From the NCBI GenBank assembly GCA_004022145.1, contig RCNU01000005.1: a stretch of 64,000 nt of DNA; one strand, written 5' to 3'. Position 1 is the stretch's first letter. Every line of letters starts with the position of its first letter. Source of the stretch: Paecilomyces variotii (taxonomy: Eukaryota). Both the position numbers and the translations under genes were made by a program. The notes beneath the pieces are model-generated. The model saw only the letters and a list, made by a program, of their open reading frames with translations, made no database searches and was not told where the DNA came from. Positions 1-11,230 of this stretch are shown piece by piece.

Positions 1-600
1 ATGCAGAACTTACCATGCAACATATCCGGTATGGCAAATACGACCCTTGTGCCCAATGTGCTCCTTGACACTGATGGGGACTCCGTGCTTTATTTAATTA
101 GTTCTATGTACAGTCCATAGTAACTTTTCTCCAGGAAGCTCATAGTTAACTCACCAAAGGCCCAACTAACTTTCCCGTCTTCTTAAAATGTTCATCAAGC
201 TCCTTAGCCCGCGCAATGGCATCATCCGCCATGAATTCGGTCGCAAAATTCAACTATGTAATCGACAACAATACATATTAGCCTCTTCTGGGTATAAACA
301 GATAGAAAGACATAAACTCACAAGCTGATGACCAATGGTAGCTCTCTTCAAGAACGCCACCACGACCTCTTCTGCAGTGAGTTCACCCTTGCTCATAGCC
401 GCTACCAGCGCTGTTGCAGACATCTCCGTTATTGAAAGTTCCTTGTCCGTTAGCAGGCCACTCTTGCGAGGGAAGTCGATGACATTAAGCTCCTCCGCTG
501 GAGGCAGCTTGTCCTCTGGGACCATCCATTGTTTAGGGACAGAGTTGGCAAGGATCTCCTTGCATTTGTTGGCTTCTTCTTCCCAGGGTTGAACTGCCAT
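1..600 (-). CDS. Amidase-signature family enzyme (acetamidase/general amidase-like), 5' part only; the gene continues off the left edge
   Basis: Exons 600-322, 253-155 and 87-14, joined across GT-AG introns, give MAVQPWEEEA...ELTAEEVVVAFLKRATIGHQL-LNFATEFMADDAIARAKELDEHFKKTGKLVGPL-HGVPISVKEHI. The GPLHGVPISVKE motif carries the catalytic Lys of amidase-signature enzymes. Confidence 0.9.
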
Positions 601-725
601 CGTGTATAGAGGTTCAATGATGATATTATATACGGTACAACAGTTTCACGTCAGACTCTCCAGGGAGGAAATGATTTCTAGCGGTCATATGTGTATGTAC
701 ATACTACACGAGGTACGGGTCTAGG

Positions 726-744
726 TATATATATATATATATAT
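726..744. repeat. (TA)n microsatellite in the amidase core promoter
   Basis: TATATATATATATATATAT run about 125 bp upstream of the amidase ATG. Confidence 0.85.
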
Positions 745-769
745 AACATATGCGATAGAAACCGCGACC

Positions 770-1125
770 CGCCCGATAGGGACTCTCAAGAAGCAAGCAA
801 GACGCGCGATAGATAACTTCTCGTCCCAAATCATCGGGCGATCTTTACCTCGTTGTATAAAAGATAGCAGCATGCGGAGTTATCTTATCTCTCGACTTGG
901 CCGTTCATGGTAGGGGAATCCGATAACCTTGGAAGTTGGTCGGTTAACAGGCAAGAATCTTGATAAGCTCTGCGGGGTCAAGGGAAAGAATTCTGCAACA
1001 AGAATAATAATACGTATCTTATGCGGGGAAATTCCCATAATCGACAGTCAGGAGACTTGAAGACGATTGATTGCTTGAACTAACGATGCGTTCATTCCAA
1101 CCCCTCATCCTATCTTCGCGGAGAC
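770..1125. promoter_or_regulatory. Cluster of GATA (AreA-type) and SYGGRG (CreA-type) sites upstream of the amidase
   Basis: GATAGATAAC 808-817, AGATAG 862, TTATCTTATCT 880-890, CGATAA 921, TGATAAG 961. GCGGAG 874, GCGGGG 972 and 1023, GCGGAG about 1118. Confidence 0.55.
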
Positions 1126-4100
1126 GGGCTTGGCGGCGATGCATGGTCCATCGTGCATACTTTGTAGATTCAACATCTACTTGTCGACCTTGGGGTTGCA
1201 GGTAGTTCTATGCCATGAGAGATGATTGTTTTTGCACCAAATGAAATTTCGTCATTTCAAATCGAAGATCGATAATAAATGGTTCGGTGCCCCAGAACCT
1301 ACGGTACTTATGGTTCGGCTTGCCGCGCCCGTATGTTGCTTTCCTCAATATAGCGCTTCACAATTGTACCGAAGGCTGATAAGCCCCAGAACATCTTGAA
1401 AAGTTACATTTAAGAACCCTATGGGAAAATATTAGCATAAAGAATTGTTGAAAAGCGTTGGAAGTTGATTATATGATAGAGAGAAACTGCTCACGAGTGA
1501 ATAATCGTTGACTGATTTTCCTATTTACTAAGTACCAAGGTCCTCTTGGTAGCATACTAGTAGTCGAAGCGGCAGGGACCTGGAAAAGAAGGTGTAGAAT
1601 GAGACGATAGGTTACTACCCAGTATCAGAGAATCATCAGAGAATGGTTCTGAACAACCAACTCGCAATGTGGGCTCTGAAAGTTGTGGTTCCAATTGACG
1701 GACCACAACCTTAACTTTAATTACTATTTGTTACCGTGAGTGCGCCTGGATGCGATTTCGTTCAATATCCCAACGCCCCTGTAGCTTCAAAAGCTCGTCA
1801 GTATGGGAGCCTTGCTATGCTTTTTACGCTGCATATCTATCTGCGGGAACCACGAAGGCTTGCATCTTGTCTCCGCCTGTTGCCTCGAGTACCTATGTTC
1901 CAGGTCATTAACGCAGTTGGTCCTACTGAGCCGATAATCCACAAGGTTAATTTTCTATCGAGCAAGGATCTGAGCGGTGTGGCAGTCTACGAGTCATTCT
2001 CTCATGCGATACGAGATATTCGCATTTCAGCCAGGAGCATGTTTCAGGCCCTCCATCGGCTCGAGGAGGTTGCATCTGAGATATCAGAAGGGACACGGCA
2101 TATGATTTTCATGTAGCGCGCTCAAGCTCATCACATCGGACCACGTCTGTTTGGTGATACGAGGCGAATTGAATACCGTGCGACCTTCACTGACACAGTT
2201 AGAGTAGTCTTGATTGATAAGGGATGTAAGTCAGTAACGGGGGTCACAAGGATGTTAACTATCATCCGAGATGGTACAGTCATACTGCACATGGACAGAT
2301 GCAATGATGGCATCGGCTGCGTGTTGAAATGGAATCGCATCCGCAACATCTGCAGCGCAGAAAGAGAATTTGCCATAATCGATTCTTCAGGAGGTGAAGA
2401 TTCGAAGATCTAGTACGAAATTGTCATTGTTGATGATTGCTAGCGCCGGTATGATGTTCTAGTCGTGTGGGCCAGTTGGCGGATCTCTGGCTAGCTTGAA
2501 ACGACCCACAGATGTTAGTGATAATCATCAAGCCACGTTGACTGTTCTCTCACGCGTTCGAGAATAACCTGTAACAGAAGCGTAGGTCTTTTACTTTTCT
2601 GAATCTCCAATTATGGAAACAGAACGAATACCGTCACTCCTGTATTTCGAGGCAAGGGATATCTTTCGTTTGTCAAGCCTCGTGTGTGGCATAGTTGACT
2701 GCTAATGTTTTTTGCGCACCCTACGAATGATAATCTGATCGTGCAAGCCAACTAGAAAAAAAAATCTGGTTAGCAAAGTCAAATTCAGGAGAGGAATAGT
2801 ACTCGAGTGGCTTCCGTCTCTCTACTCTAGTATCTAGTGCCATGTGTGGAGACACATAGAAACAACGTCACCAGTTCCGGGATTCTATTCTGGTAATAGT
2901 TTGCCTGAAATTTGAATTGCCCAGTGAGTGGTCCTGTCTCATCTGACGTAGCTAATGCAGAGAAGAAATCAAACTGGGACCTTCACTGCATGGGATACTG
3001 CTGGTAGTCGTCTCGCTGCGGCATGCCACAGGGGTGCTGCAAGGGCGTTTTGATTCTAGGTGGAACTGTGGATATCGGCCTAAGGATAACCTTGAAATTG
3101 AAGGCTTTGGACGATCAAGAAGCCAATTGGGACCGTTCCGAGCGAAAGGAACGCAATATGTCAACCGAAGCATTCATTCATGAGGGTCAACAAGACCTCC
3201 TCATTCGAGCCTGTGTGATGCAATTCATAGAAACCAAATTTCCATCAGGGACAACGAAATACGTACGTAAAGTTAACTCGATTCCCACCGCCCTCCGAAT
3301 GGCTCCGGTCTACATAGCTTACCGCTTGTTGGGTTCCCAATGCCATAGGTAAGAGTCGACGACAATCTGGCCCGAAATTCACCAATATAGCGTAGCGTTA
3401 CGAGGAAATACGTTTGCGAGGCACTGATGGGCACGCTTAAATGAGGGCTGTACCCAATCGGTGATTTCAACTTGCGTATCAGATGTAGAGTATGCTCGAA
3501 AGAGGATCCTCGCACTGACATGCAGTGGCGCAGAAGGTCAAGATTTCGCATACTCAGTAGGTCAAGGATATCTGATTTTCCGCCCTGGCGTTCTAGAACA
3601 TAGAACCGTCCCGGGCTGTGAGACAAGGCCGAGAAACGTACGTTGCATGTCACACATGGAAAAATAACCAAGTCAAGCATCATATCACTTGCCCTTATGC
3701 TGAGATGTCGAATCGACCAGGATATCTTGATTTAACTCTCTGTCACTTTGCTCCTCACAGCTTCCTCGATCAAAGGACACTTGGTTGACTGTGTCCTACC
3801 CTTCGGACTAATACGCGGTGATTTCGCGGGCTTCATATTTCCGAGGTCTCGAGACCGAAAGTGGATGAAAGCACGTATATCGGCGACGTGAAACATCAAT
3901 CTAACCCAAGAGCAAAAAAAATCTGCTCTAGACACTGGAGTGACAACCTCCGGAAACCGGCCTCTAGCCGCAGACGATCGCAGATTGTTGGTTGGATCGA
4001 TTCCGACGGTTTGGGATCCTTGCCTATCACGGCGTGACGCATATCACTCCACTCGGCTTCATGCTCGACGAGAGAACTAAGATGGTAGATTGACGATGGA

Positions 4101-4766
4101 TGCTCTTCACCGTCCCAGGTCCTGACATCAATTTCCCCATAATGGGGATAAGTGGAGCGGGATGTGAACGCCCAACACACTATCTGAAGATTTAGTCCCA
4201 TTTAGTGCCCGAGAAATCAACCGTCCTGAGGCGCACTTTCTGTACGCCCGCTCACCATAGAACCGTTGGATCCGTAGCCCGTGGTGTACCGGCAGCTTAA
4301 GCCTTACCGACACTTCAGTTCGACCTTTCCCGCTCCTTCTAGGACTTCTTTCGGGAGAGGGTGGTCCTGGTTCTTGTCGCAGAATAATGTCGTGTGGCAG
4401 TTTCTACCTTGAGTAGTCAGTGCAAGTGGAACCGTTTCCGAAGGTCGATCCTCAAAGCTTCAGAGATGCTGCGACTCTCAAGGCTAGAGAGGATTGCTCC
4501 GGAACTCGCAGTGGAGATTCGGCCAGAGCCCCTTTGTCCTACTGGTGCGACTTCCTTGACCGTATGTTCTTGTCGAGGAATTTGTCGACGAAGGTGCTCA
4601 AGATGGTGGAGACAGAGGAGCACGAACGTAGGGCGCCAGATCAGGGACAAAAAGGCGTCAGACACCCTGTATTTTGGCGCGGTTCAAGCGCTTTCATATT
4701 GCTTTTTCTTCCTGAACCTATTATTGAATCAGCCCTATAGAGCTGTGCCGCCAGAAGCGATCGACC

Positions 4767-5988
4767 ATGTCTGCAACGGCAACGGCGACTACTGTCGAGG
4801 CACCTATCGCCTACGATATCAACATCCCTTATGTTAGCGTCTCGGAAGATACCAACCGGACGACCAGATATCCCCATTATTTGCCGACGTGGGATAAGGT
4901 CTGGTTCGACCCGCTACCCCCATTTGAATATGAAGACCCCGCGCTGCGCGTCAAAGATAAGACGAAGCCCAATCTGCTCGGCTCTGGCGCCAAAGTAACG
5001 CCTATCCAGCCCATCATCGGCAGTGTGGTCGAGGGTGTTCAGCTGAATCGGCTCTCAGATGCTGCCAAAGACGAGCTGGCGTTGCTGGTGTCAGAGAGGA
5101 AAGTCGTCGTTTTCCCTGATCAGGATCTGATCGATGAAGGCCCAGCCAGCCAGGAGAAGTTCATGCGACACTTTGGAAAACCCAACTACCAGCCCGTATC
5201 AGGGACAGTCAGGGGTCATCCAGGTTTCCACATCATCCACCGTGATGGCAACAAAGAGGAAATTTCCCGCTTCTTGGAGGTGCGGACAACGACAACTCTG
5301 TGGCATCAAGACGTCAGCTACGAGATCCAGCCCCCTGGTTATGTGATGCTAGGATTGCTGGAAGGGCCTGATGTGGGCGGAGACACAGTCTTCGCAGCCA
5401 CTGATGCTGCATATAAGTATGGATTTCCAGTAAACATGAGTTTCTCATCAGCGATTGACAGACTAACCTTTATGCTAGACGCTTATCCGCCACCCTGGGC
5501 TCTTTCCTTGACCGGCTCGAGGCAGTGCACACATCTTCCAAGATGATCGCACACACGAAGATGATGGGCGGCCTCGTTCGGAAGGATCCAGTCACTACGG
5601 TGCATCCCCTCGTCAGGGTACACCCCGTCACTGGGCAGAAGTGTCTCTTCGTCAACGGAGAGTTCATCACTAAGATCCAAGGTCTCAAAGAAGCGGAGAC
5701 CAAAGTGTTCCTTGACTTTATCATGCAACATATTATTACTGGCCACGATTTCCAGGCCAGAGTCCGATGGCAACCGCGGTCCATTGTCATATTCGATAAC
5801 CGCTCAACTTTGCGTAAGTAATCCTGCATGTGTTTTGGCCGCGATCCAAGCAGACCAAACTGACTGGATTATCAGACTCCGCTATCGTAGACTACCTCGA
5901 CGAAGAACAAAAAGCTAAACCCAGGCATATATTCCGTCTGTGCGCAATGACTGAAAAGCCCATTCCTGTCTCACAGGAGAAGCAGTAA
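4767..5988 (+). CDS. TauD/TfdA family Fe(II)/alpha-ketoglutarate dioxygenase (sulfonate/taurine dioxygenase-like)
   Basis: Three exons (introns about 5417-5478 and 5814-5875). Motifs: WHQDVSYE (HxD), GGDTVFA, HPLVRVHPVTG, and FDNRSTL-HSA with the third His split by intron 2. Stop TAA at 5986-5988. Confidence 0.92.
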
Positions 5989-7217
5989 AACGGTTGCTAC
6001 GAAGGTCTTGCTAACGCACACCAAAAAGGCCACCTCTTGCTCTAGCTTACAATCTGCAGTCATAAGGTCTGTCTCATTACGCATCTCGGCACGATTCATA
6101 ATTTGTGGCTTTAGAACTGGATCGGCTCAGACTACATGTTTCCATCCTCAAGTGGCCAATGGAATATGGTATAATGGCATATTGTCAGTTTTCTGTGGCT
6201 TAATATACTCTTTTGTTTATTTGTTTATTTCGGGGTTTTCTTTGTGTCTTAGAGATAGGTCTATTATTACGAAATGAACATCTCGCTGATGGCTTTCGAA
6301 TTCTCTTCTACACCACTTTTTCTTTTCCCTAACAGATTCAATTGAAATGCCAACGAAGTCTTCGGTATGCTTCTAGGGAAACAGCTACTCGTTACTGATT
6401 CTTTACTGTAACTGTGCCTAGATTTGGAAATTCTAAACTAGGGTATATCATTATAAGCGTTGATTTGCCCAGAGTAGCCACAAGACTACTGCACTGCAAA
6501 AACCTGCTAGATGCTAGGATGAGTCAAAGTATCTAGGTTATCCAAACTGATATCCGCAATCGAGAAGATGCAGGGAGACTTCAGGATCGACGTATATTGA
6601 ATGTGGACAGTGATGTCATTACCGAGAGCTGCCTAACTGGTTTGTCTACTCCCTAGATACTGCCTGATTTCTTCTGTCATTCACTCACTCCCGTGCTTGG
6701 AATTTGTCTTGTGGTACTTCGTGGTTTCACCGCATGCAGACATAGGGAATACACTATCCCTTCGAATTCACCACTTTACGTATATGAGTGTGAAGAACGC
6801 CCGTTACCTTCTCTCGGTGACCCCCTACCTAGCCAAAGAGTTCCTGGCGGACTTCTCCCACACCTTCATATCGGCGAGCTCCACCTATGGGATAAATTAG
6901 GTAGCTTGAGCTTTCTAGCGGATCCGAACAACAGGCAACTTCAGCCTGCCGAAATATATTCTTGAGATGGAGCACGAAAATTCACCCTCTAGCCTATCTC
7001 TATCTGCTTTTACAGACATCTGTGCAGCTATTATGAATACTACAGAATATACAGTGCTAGTTTACAATGGTATTGGGCCAAGAGGGAGGCTGCAGGTTAT
7101 GATATGACCATTTCATGGAATGAAAACCGTCGAAAAGTCGTTAAACTGGAAGGGGTGGATATATCGGAAGCCATCTCGTTACTCGAGAACTTGGCGAAGA
7201 GAGACTGAGACGGTCTC

Positions 7218-7378
7218 TTGACATTTTATATTGTGTTCCTCCAACGGTTTTCTGCTGTTTTCATATGGTGTTTCTTGCGACGGTCTCGCATACTATTTTG
7301 ACATTTTCATATTGTGTTCCTGCGACTGTCTTCTGTTATTTTCACATTGTGTTTTCTGCGACGGTCTTGCATACTGCC
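7218..7378. repeat. Imperfect tandem repeat: two ~80-bp units, each made of two related ~35-45-bp subunits
   Basis: TTGACATTTT(C)ATATTGTGTTCCT..GCGACGGTCT.GCATACT occurs at 7218-7296 and 7298-7378. The TTTT(C)AYATKGTGTT core occurs four times. Confidence 0.75.
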
Positions 7379-7721
7379 CTGATTTTAATTCTTGATACAT
7401 TCTTGCGAAGTCGGCCTTCCTGTTGCCGTCACCATGGTGTCCCATGGGATCCCACTGAGATCAGCTCTCTTGTCTTAAGGTCATTCGCAGTTGACCCTCG
7501 ATTCCAAAGAGCCCTTCACCGGTAAATTTTTATTGTGATTCACTTTACCCTGCGCGTCTCTGCGTTTGAGATACAGCACGCACCCTCAAGTACGCATAAG
7601 GACCATGAGATCCCAGGCTTTTTTGTCCCAGGAGACCTGGAAGAATTGAAAGAGCTGCCACTTTTATCATTCAATGTGATATCGGTGTTCGTAATGAACA
7701 GACATATTAATTATATTCCAG

Positions 7722-8645
7722 GATCAACTATAATTCGTTTACAGGTGTTTTTCGTATTGTGACCAAGCCAACTGAGATCCACAACGTCCACGTTCAGTGG
7801 ATGAAGAATGAGCTCTACCATATGAGACTAGATCATTTTTTACTACCTCAGGAGTTTCTGTGTCTCGAACTCAATGTCGGAACCAGTCAGTGCTATTCTC
7901 ACGATCTGGCTTCACACTATATATGGTGCTGATCCCTACATCTATATAAACAGCATTTACTGGTTTCTCCGGAATTTACACTGGCTCAAGCAAAGAGCCT
8001 GATTTTTTTTTTTACGCCCTGACACAAGCTCTCACCTTCCTCGTATCATTATTGAAAGCGGCTGGTCGGAGAGCTGGCCACACTTGCAATCCGATATACA
8101 TTTGTGCTTCTCAGGTGGCCCTGAGGTTCGATATGTGATTTTACTCAAATGGTCCAATTTTTCGAATCTTCAAGTGAAGGGACTGTGTTACGGAACTAGC
8201 AGCAGGCAGGTACGGCCACGCCCTGGGCAGGCCGGGGCCGGGACATCACATATACTTAGCCTAGTATATTAGCCTTCCCCTCCATAGAGAGGAATATCAT
8301 CATCTTCATCATCCCACTGCGATCTTTCGTATCAGACTGGTTGAGGTATATCACCGCAACGGTGCGGGAGCAGCAATCCTCCTTCATCGCGAAGTAAGCT
8401 ATCCTTCTATTTCTAGTTTAGATGCAGTGTCTAATGAGAGCATTTCTAATCATGAGTATAGCAACTATTTCCGACGCCTCCTACAGCAATACAACAACCT
8501 GTTCCTATCACTCTGGATGAGCTTTTCGGCTCGCACATTACGCCAGGAAGAAACCCAAATGCGAGTTATGGCTTGTCGTTGAATAGGTTGCGGGCATTGG
8601 CGACAGAGAAACAAACTGCAGGCAATGGGCCTTACTCCTGCATAG
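7722..8645 (+). pseudogene. Frameshifted remnant of a fungal hypothetical protein with a PD-(D/E)XK/Uma2-like motif set
   Basis: Splicing gives INYNSFTGVFRIVTKPTEIHNVHVQWM...NVGT-[intron 7885-7952]-TFTGFSGIYTGSSKEPD, then a frameshift in a T11 run, RPDTSSHLPRIIIESGWSESWPHLQSDIHLCFSGGPEVRYVILLKW, and later QLFPTPPTAIQQPVPITLDELFGSHITPGRNPNASYGLSLNRLRALATEK, an AAAC duplication at 8609-8616, and LQAMGLTPA*. The 5' end is uncertain. Confidence 0.7.
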
Positions 8646-9795
8646 AAATGAGGGCACAACTTATCCAATCGTACGACGGAAGTGAACCATATGTTAGAGA
8701 TCCAGCCAGACCAACAAGTTCTCCTTTTAGGTCGACTGGCAGAAAGCCATCACCATATATCTTGAGATATGGTGTCATGTACTTGTTTCTTTGACTCTAC
8801 ATCTAGGAATAAGGCAGGCTACATATCTATGTGCGATGACCTTTCTAAGGGCAAAGACATGGGAGAACTCCGCTGTCTAGGAACTCCTTAGTAGGGAGGC
8901 TCCAAAACATCATATATAAAATGGCTTTTTTTAAGGTCAATATCGCAATAAGCAAACATTAGGAAGCCATTCAAAAGAATACATAGAAAATAAATACTAT
9001 TGAAAATCCATACACTGGTAATGTGATATAGCCATGTAGCCTCATCTAGTTAGATTTAGATTTAGTTAGTCGATCTTCGGATCTCTGTCCCTCTCCAATG
9101 AGAATAACTTCGACCTTCACTCCGTACCCGGTGTCAAATCAAACATAAATACAAAAATTACAGTGGTCAAGTAAAAAAAGGGGAACCCATTTTGTCAAGT
9201 GGCAGCCAGAGGATGAAACATGTATCATGCTACAGTAGTTATTGCTCACCCTAGTCAGTCGCTTTCGTCCAAGTAAGGAAATAGATACATACACAATGCT
9301 CTATGAATACCAATAGCCATCTACTTATTGTCATTCGGACAAGAAAAAATATTAGAGAACTGATCGCTGTTTGTGTATACTCAATCCCAGTATGGGCTGC
9401 TAAAAAGAAGCCCAAGCTAGCAGAAGAGATCGACGACGCGACACAAAGATATAATGTCACGGATACGACTGGGAGGGAGACTCTCGTTGGGGGCCAAAGC
9501 CAGGGATTTCAACCAACAAAATGCAACGACCTAGTCGATCCTAGCGCATCTGTGTCTACTACCTATCACAACGCTTCAATAAGCGCCCATGTAAATATAG
9601 TCATACATCTACACAGGTCCTGGCGGTTAGTCTAGAGTGCCCCTATGGTACTGCAGCATGTCCTCCAGATCACATCTTCATTTCTGTCATCTCCTTCGTA
9701 GGAAATAATTATTCTCCATGTAGTCGTTCTACTCCAAGTTTTTGATCTCACGAAAACTGAATACTTATACAACAGAAAACAAACCAAAGAAAAGA

Positions 9796-10750
9796 ATGAC
9801 CTCCCCTCCTCTCCCACTCACCACAACCTTCACGCCTGCCTCATCCTGTCTTGTTGATCTTTACCAAGTGGATAACACGAAGGGTATCTACTGTGGCGTT
9901 GGAACAGCGACGTACCTTTGTCCCTATCTCCAATTAGGACCGACCAGCACATCTGCCTGCTTGCCCTCTGGCTGGAGTACAGACAGTACAGCCTATTTCT
10001 CTCCTGGGATCTGCCCATCCGGGTACCGACAGGCATGTTCTTCGACGGTAAATATAGGCACATTGGTAGAGACGAGAGCGACATGTTGTCCTAGGTACGA
10101 ATGGATATTTTCTTTTTCCGCATCAAGCCGAAGAACCGAGAGCATAAGTAGTCTTCTAACTGCGCAAAATAAACCGATCTAGTGGATATTTCTGCCAAAC
10201 CCGTACAGATTGGCCATGGTACTCAACGGATGCTTGTACTTATGTGAACACCAACCCTGTGCCGTACACATACACAACTACAAATAATAAGGGTGCCTAC
10301 ATCACCTCTACAACTACGAATGTTGAAGGATTCAACGCCTATGGCGTTTCGATCCGATACCAGGCTACGGATTTTGCTTCTGCTCAGAAAACATCTTCTA
10401 GCGTGTCGTCGACTGAGAGTTCTTCCTCCTCGTCAAGATCAGCGCCAACATTAGAGACGTCGACTTCGTCGGCTTCAAATGGACTGTCGACTGGGGCTAA
10501 AGTTGGAATCGGAGTTGGATGTTCAGTGGGCATTCTTCTACTGATCCTTGTCGGGTTTCTCATCTTTCGATTGAGATCTTATACTAGATCAGTTACCGCC
10601 AAACATGAAGAGTCTTCGGACCTGGTGCAGACAACAGAGTATGCAAAGTCGCAACCGCATAGTGAACTTCAAGGCTGGGTTACGCAGAAAGCGGTAGAGT
10701 TGCCGGTTCAACCTGCAGAGCTGCCAGCGTCTGGTCCGCGCAGATGGTGA
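9796..10750 (+). CDS. Single-pass membrane protein with a Cys-containing N-terminal domain and Ser/Thr-rich stalk (Mid2/WSC-sensor-like architecture)
   Basis: MTSPPLPLTTTFTPASSC...CLPSGW...YFSPGICPSGY...TCCP, then intron 10095-10182, an S/T-rich region, the TM helix LSTGAKVGIGVGCSVGILLLILVGFLIF and a cytosolic tail with ELP repeats. Confidence 0.8.
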
Positions 10751-11230
10751 CTGAGGAAGCAGTGCGCGGGTTATGAGAATGGGAGATGCATTTCTTTAAA
10801 TATTTCAAATCCACGATACCTTATTAAACCTACGTGATTCTTTCAGGAAATAAAGCGATGGCTTTAATATTGTGTGTGAGATATCAACAAACATCTCCCC
10901 AAGGGTCTATAAGTAGGTTCGGTGACTGCATACTGAGGAATAAGGAGTATATGAGGAATCCCGAAGGACAATTTGATTTCTCTATTATACATACATCATT
11001 ATGCAACGCTGGGGATGACAGATGAAAGCAGAGACATCAGTGACGTCTAGAAAAGCATGGAGCTGTGGCAACCACAGTCTAGCCACAGACTTTGCTCCAC
11101 CAAGAGAGACAACCGGAAATATCTCTAAGAGGTATATGAACGACAATATCATCATCGTTATTAGATGACGCTATCACCAGCATCGGTGTGCATTGCAAAC
11201 TCCTAATCTGTCACAGACCGGACGATCATG

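Noticed and set aside
4394..4837. Overlapping ORFs (147, 106 and 82 aa) just upstream of the TauD gene
   Set aside because: No recognisable motifs, the two plus-strand ORFs start at GTG, and they occupy the TauD promoter and 5' UTR.
7218..7378. CRISPR-like interpretation of the repeat
   Set aside because: Eukaryotic context, degenerate contiguous units with no unique spacers, and no cas genes.
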